DNA of 64,000 bases. Origin: an uncultured delta proteobacterium (lineage in GTDB: Bacteria > Desulfobacterota > Desulfobacteria > Desulfobacterales > B30-G6). The notes under the pieces are model-generated. The model did not search any database. It had not been told where the DNA came from and saw only the letters and a list, made by a program, of their open reading frames with translations. The translations under genes and the position numbers were made by a program. Shown here piece after piece: positions 59,382 to 64,000 of the stretch (position 1 is its first letter; the number at the start of each line of letters is the position of its first letter). The stretch spans positions 1,280,001 through 1,344,000 of the forward strand of contig CAWGLD010000001.1 of assembly GCA_963823335.1 (NCBI GenBank). The letters run 5' to 3'.

Positions 59382-60974
59382 TTACGGCAGGGGCACGCTG
59401 GAAAGTATCGTTTTGATATCATTATCCGAAAAATTCAGACCCGCACCGAAAAAGAACGATTCATTGTCGTCCTCGCTGATAAAATCGTCTAATCCTGCAG
59501 TAAGATAGAGGTGTGAGAAGGGGAAAAAGTCCACCCGTGTCTTCAGATGCGGATTATCTTCCAGGTCAAAATCAAACGATTCGAGGGATAAAACCACGCG
59601 GTCATCGAGCAGATAATAGTCCAGAGCGATACCGCCGGTCGATTCGAAAAGCCCACCCCTCAGTCCGATGTCATAATACCTTTTGGCAACCTGGGCTGAA
59701 AATTTCAATGAGTCATAATCCGTTTTTTCTTTATGCTTCTTGGTGGTTGTTCCATCAACGGTTTTCTTGGTTTCGGTGGTGGTCTTGGTTCCGGTTGGAT
59801 CGTCCACGATCTGAAACAGGTAATATTTATCTTCTTTGGGCTGGATTCGTAGGGACAAATAAGATTTCAGGGCTTCTTCCTTGGTCAGGTATTCGCCCCG
59901 GTAGTCCAGATACGCTTGAAAGGTTTCCTGCTTTTCCATGTACGTGTTCAGATGGGTCAATGTTTCATTAAGGGTCTCCACGGTTTCTTCGTCGCGGACA
60001 AGTCTTCCGATGGTACCTTCACCCCGATTGATGGTGGCTGTGATATCGCTGAGAGACGCCAGGGTTTTGTTGAGATTCTGAATTGAATCCTCTTTAGTGA
60101 TGAGCTGACCCAGGGTGCCTTCTCCGTTTTTAATCCGATCGGTAATTTCCTTGAGGGACGCCAGGGTCTGGTTCAGGCTCTCTACGGTCTCATCATTATT
60201 GATAAGTCTGCCGATACTCCCTTGACCTTGATTGATTTTATCTGTAATTTCAGTCAGGTTTGCCACCAGGGGTTTCATGGTTCCGATAACGCTCCTGGTG
60301 CTGCTGATGATGCTGCCGATATCCTCCTTATTACCTTCGCCAATCTCTTTTAATGTTCCGGTAAAGGTGATCAGGTTGTCAACGATGACATCAATATTCT
60401 CTCTGTTTTTCTGGACTGTCTGGTTCAATGCCGTCACCACTTCTTGGACATTGTTAATAATCGCGCGAAGCGTGGCTTCTCCGGAATCCGTGCCGAGGAC
60501 CCTCGAGAGCGAACGGGTGAGGTCGTTGATGTTTGTAGCGACCTCACCCAGGGTGTTCATGAGCACATCCATGTCGGTGATGGGAGCTGTGCGGGTAATG
60601 CGTCCGCCCGGCGAGATAGGCGGTGCCGTAACCGAACCAGGTATAAGCTCGACGTATTTATCCCCCAGGATTCCCCGGGTTCGAATGATCGCAGTGTCCT
60701 CTTTACGGATGATAAGGCCCGGGTTCATCCTAAGCACAACCAGAGCTTTCCCATTTTGCAGGGCAATGGTCTGGACCTGTCCGACTTCAACACCGGCTAT
60801 CTCGACACTGACGTCTTTGACCAGTCCGGTGGCGGAATCGAACAGCACTTCGATATCATACCCTTTTTTTGTGGAAAAGGTCAGGTTTCCCACCTTCATG
60901 GACATATAGCCGAAAATGATAAGCCCGATGATGACAAAAAGACCCACTTTTGCTTCAGCACTGAAATTCGACAT
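59382..60974 (-). CDS. mlaD: MlaD/MCE-family protein with long helical repeats
   Basis: EAKVGLFV, AGVEVGQV, GILGDKYVEL.PG, repeated I..G.G.IG.L units. Confidence 0.85.
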   Translation of the reverse strand: MSNFSAEAKVGLFVIIGLIIFGYMSMKVGNLTFSTKKGYDIEVLFDSATGLVKDVSVEIAGVEVGQVQTIALQNGKALVVLRMNPGLIIRKEDTAIIRTRGILGDKYVELIPGSVTAPPISPGGRITRTAPITDMDVLMNTLGEVATNINDLTRSLSRVLGTDSGEATLRAIINNVQEVVTALNQTVQKNRENIDVIVDNLITFTGTLKEIGEGNKEDIGSIISSTRSVIGTMKPLVANLTEITDKINQGQGSIGRLINNDETVESLNQTLASLKEITDRIKNGEGTLGQLITKEDSIQNLNKTLASLSDITATINRGEGTIGRLVRDEETVETLNETLTHLNTYMEKQETFQAYLDYRGEYLTKEEALKSYLSLRIQPKEDKYYLFQIVDDPTGTKTTTETKKTVDGTTTKKHKEKTDYDSLKFSAQVAKRYYDIGLRGGLFESTGGIALDYYLLDDRVVLSLESFDFDLEDNPHLKTRVDFFPFSHLYLTAGLDDFISEDDNESFFFGAGLNFSDNDIKTILSSVPLP

Positions 60975-60980
60975 GATTTC

Positions 60981-61724
60981 CTAACCCCTGTCAGGGATAA
61001 ATTTACATTCGACAAACTGTCTTAGTACCGGATTGCTCGAGGACCTTATATCTTCCGGAGATCCATAGGCAATGATCTTGCCATTATACAACATTGCGAC
61101 CCTGTGGGCAATTTTAAAGGTCGATTCGATGTCATGGCTGATAACCACACAGGTTGCGCCAGTATTTTGCTGGGTCTCGACGATGAGCTGATCGATGGCA
61201 TCACACATGATGGGGTCAAGACCGGTAGTGGGTTCGTCGAATAGGATAATTTTGGGGTCGAGAGCAAGGGCTCTGGCGAGTCCGACCCGCTTGCGCATTC
61301 CTCCGGACAATTCCGAAGGTAATTTTTCCGTTACACCTTTTAGCCCAACCTGCAGCAGTTTTTCCGTGACAAGCCGTTGTACTTCTTTTTTCGAAAGTCG
61401 CCGATGTTCATTGAGAGGGAAAGCCACGTTTTCGCCAACGGTCATGGAATCGAAGAGGGCCGCATCCTGAAAAAGCATACCGAAATTTTTACGCATTTCG
61501 TTCAACCCTGCCTCATTCAATCCGGAGATATCGATGTCGTCTACAAGGATTCGACCCGAATCCGGTTTGACGAGACCGATAATATGTTTCAAAAGGACAC
61601 TCTTGCCTCCTCCGCTCTGACCGATGATAACGGTAATTTTTTTTGATTCAATGGTCAGATCGAGTTCATCCAGAACCTGTTGTTTACCAAAGGATTTTGA
61701 AATATTTTCGAGTGTAATTTTCAA
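60981..61724 (-). CDS. mlaF: MlaF-like ABC ATPase
   Basis: GQSGGGKS, FQDAALFDS, LSGGMRKRVGLARA, DEPTTGLDP. Confidence 0.9.
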   Translation of the reverse strand: MKITLENISKSFGKQQVLDELDLTIESKKITVIIGQSGGGKSVLLKHIIGLVKPDSGRILVDDIDISGLNEAGLNEMRKNFGMLFQDAALFDSMTVGENVAFPLNEHRRLSKKEVQRLVTEKLLQVGLKGVTEKLPSELSGGMRKRVGLARALALDPKIILFDEPTTGLDPIMCDAIDQLIVETQQNTGATCVVISHDIESTFKIAHRVAMLYNGKIIAYGSPEDIRSSSNPVLRQFVECKFIPDRG

Positions 61725-62491
61725 AACATAACCGTGGTCAGAAAGTAATCGCTGATCAATATGGACACGGATGCGTAGACAACGGCCTGGGTGGTCGCTC
61801 TCCCCACGCCGGCAGCGCCGCCGGTGGTGTTAAAGCCCTTGTAACAGCCGATCAAGGTCAAGATCAAACCAAAAACAGCAGATTTTATCAACCCGTTGAA
61901 AATGTCATGGATAGTGACGAATTCGATGATTCTGGCAACAAAGATACCGGAGTTGATATTCAGCAGGTGAACACCCACAAAATAGCCACCCAGGATACCG
62001 ATGAAGTCCGAGGTGACCGTCAATATGGGCAGCATGACGATTCCGGCCAAGATACGGGGCATGATGAGATATTGAACCGGATTTACAGACATGGTGTAGA
62101 GTGCGTCGATCTGTTCTGTAACACGCATGGTTCCGATTTCGGCGGCCATGGAAGAACCCGTCCGTCCGGTAACCATCAAGGCGGTGATTGCGGGGCCCAA
62201 TTCTCTGGTCATAGACAACGCCACGGTTGCGCCCACAAGACTTTCCCCCCCAAACATTCTAAAGCCATAGTAAGTCTGTATGGCGAGAACCATTCCGGTG
62301 AAAGCGCCGGTTATCAGAACCACGGGCAAGGAACCGACCCCTACAAATGCCATTTGTTTGAAGATAACGTGAAATCGGAAAGGTGGCCGGAAGAGCCACG
62401 AAACCGTTGATAGAAACAGGAGTAAAACTTTGCCGAATTCTTCTGTTAAAAGAATGAAGGGTCTACCGCTGAGCTCGAGAATTTTTATCAT
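61721..62491 (-). CDS. mlaE: MlaE-like permease
   Basis: RELGPAITAL..GR.GS..AAEIGTMRVTEQIDAL, GVGRATT. Confidence 0.92.
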   Translation of the reverse strand: MIKILELSGRPFILLTEEFGKVLLLFLSTVSWLFRPPFRFHVIFKQMAFVGVGSLPVVLITGAFTGMVLAIQTYYGFRMFGGESLVGATVALSMTRELGPAITALMVTGRTGSSMAAEIGTMRVTEQIDALYTMSVNPVQYLIMPRILAGIVMLPILTVTSDFIGILGGYFVGVHLLNINSGIFVARIIEFVTIHDIFNGLIKSAVFGLILTLIGCYKGFNTTGGAAGVGRATTQAVVYASVSILISDYFLTTVMF

Positions 62492-62865
62492 AAAGACCTG
62501 TTGTGAACATTCTAACCCGTCCGATAAAATGTGTCGATCACATGGCCGATGGTTCAATATCAGAACATATAGGGAAGGAAGCGAATAAAGTCAAGAGCAT
62601 GCGGCGTCTAAAGAAGTTTCCCGCCATATTTGTACGCAACGGGATAAAATTGTCGCTTTGAAGCAACACCATATATAGTAATTTTGTCTAACAAGATACA
62701 ATATATGGCAATTGAGTAACAATTATATATAATTTATATATAATTTTACTTGACATTGTTCAATTTCTAAGCAATTATAGAGACCAAATTCAATACATAG
62801 ACAGGTTTTTGTTCTTGAAGGGGTGACATTCATATCAAAACTTAGCAAACCAATGCATACTAGTT

Positions 62866-63063
62866 ATGACAAAAAACTCATTGAAAAAAATCCGAGAATC
62901 GCTTTTAATGAGCAAATCTGAGCTTGCTCGTGAGGCTAATGTTTCCCCGATTACGATTACGCGTATCGAGCAAGGCATGCCGTGCCGGATGGAAACCAAG
63001 CGAAAGATACTGCTGGCGCTTGGCTTTAAGCTTTCTGACAAAAATAAAATATTCGGTGATTAA
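62866..63063 (+). CDS. XRE-family HTH protein upstream of pilM
   Basis: MSKSELAREANVSPITITRIEQG. Confidence 0.85.
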   Translation: MTKNSLKKIRESLLMSKSELAREANVSPITITRIEQGMPCRMETKRKILLALGFKLSDKNKIFGD

Positions 63064-63072
63064 GAGCTTATT

Positions 63073-64000
63073 ATGGTTTTCAGAAGAAAAGACCATCTCG
63101 TTGGTTTGGATATTGGATCTAGAACCATCAAAGCATGCGAGATAATCGAAACAAAAAAGGGCCGGACCCTCGAAAAGTTCGGAATGATCGACATCGAATC
63201 GGGTCTCATTGAAGACGGTTCCATAAAGAATCCCGATGTCGTTGCAGGCGCCATTCGGCAGCTCTTCCAGACCCATCACATCCGGGAGCACAATGTTGCC
63301 ATATCCATTGGCGGCTATTCCGTCATTGTGAAGAAGATCAATGTCCAGACGATGTCTGAAGACCAGCTGCAGGAAAGTATTCAATTCGAGGCAGAGCAGT
63401 ATATTCCTTTCGATATCAACGATGTGAATCTTGATTTTCAGATGCTGGGTGAAAATGAGCAAAATCCCAATCAGATGAGCGTGTTGTTGGTTGCAGCCAA
63501 GAAAGACATGGTAAGCGATTATGTAAACCTCGCCCAGATGGCCGGTTTGAATCCCTGCATTATCGACATCGATGCCTTTGCTCTTCAAAATATATTTGAG
63601 GTCAGCTACGATTCAAAAGATGAAAACATCGCTTTGATCGATATCGGCGCCAGCAAGACATCTTTGAACATTCTTAAAGACGACGCCTCCGTATTCATGC
63701 GGGATGTTTCTCTTGGGTGCGGACAGATCAATCAGAGAATTGCCTCTATCACCGATTCGACCATGGAGGAGGCAGAAAAACTCAAATTTGGTGATCAGAG
63801 CGACAAGCTTTCCAATGAAGACCTGGCCGATATCGTATCTGCCGTCGTAACGGACTGGTGTACAGAAATTCGCCGTGCTCTCGATTTTTTCTATTCAACC
63901 TATCCGGACGAACAGATCAAGAAGATCGTACTAAGCGGTGGCGGTGGCGGTATCAAGGAATTCCGGCAGTTGTTGGCAGTGGAAACATCAGCAGAAGTTC
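63073..64000 (+). CDS. pilM: Type IV pilus assembly protein PilM (partial, runs off the window end; absent from the ORF track)
   Basis: VGLDIGSRTIK, EAEQYIPFDINDVNLDFQ, VAAKK, IDIGASKT, LSGGG. Confidence 0.95.
   Translation, partial: MVFRRKDHLVGLDIGSRTIKACEIIETKKGRTLEKFGMIDIESGLIEDGSIKNPDVVAGAIRQLFQTHHIREHNVAISIGGYSVIVKKINVQTMSEDQLQESIQFEAEQYIPFDINDVNLDFQMLGENEQNPNQMSVLLVAAKKDMVSDYVNLAQMAGLNPCIIDIDAFALQNIFEVSYDSKDENIALIDIGASKTSLNILKDDASVFMRDVSLGCGQINQRIASITDSTMEEAEKLKFGDQSDKLSNEDLADIVSAVVTDWCTEIRRALDFFYSTYPDEQIKKIVLSGGGGGIKEFRQLLAVETSAEV

Noticed and set aside
59900-60300. Internal repeats in mlaD as a separate repeat element
   Set aside because: Protein-level helical repeats usual in long MCE proteins
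62905-63588. 227-aa minus-strand ORF
   Set aside because: Antisense to xre and pilM, which have clear family motifs

Overview
Chromosomal segment (about 50% GC) of what looks like a Desulfobacterales-type sulfate-reducing deltaproteobacterium. The assignment is inferred from a tetraheme cytochrome c3, hgcAB, a UGA/SECIS selenoprotein, pilM with its upstream XRE gene, and the dispersed repeat families. Left to right: a leucine-degradation-like cluster (acyl-CoA dehydrogenase end, enoyl-CoA hydratase, HMG-CoA-lyase-like enzyme); DUF2889, DUF2889-PHP and DUF169-CoaE genes; an aldo/keto reductase; a decayed accessory patch (Hsp20 and TOPRIM fragments, glgP, a broken integron-type cassette with attC-like sites); pspABC/pspF; an fhs / B12 radical SAM / DUF166 selenoprotein / aldolase unit; a heterodimeric ABC exporter; an RNB nuclease; a TRAP transporter; cytochrome c3; a fusA paralog; parAB; an ispH-UbiA fusion; an arsR-hgcA-hgcB-ORF mercury-methylation operon; recN; a Fur-FeoA fusion; a sigma54 two-component system; mlaEFD; and pilM (truncated by the window). 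Three features missing from the ORF track stand out. (1) A complete sigma54 transcription unit (two enhancer palindromes, IHF site, -24/-12 promoter, terminator) with no ORF on its strand, predicting a ~77-nt small RNA with an exposed anti-Shine-Dalgarno/anti-AUG seed directly downstream of the two-component system. (2) A selenocysteine read-through joining two 'ORFs' into one translationally coupled DUF166 protein. (3) Extra Cys-rich genes flanking hgcAB. All family names come from motif recognition, not database searches.
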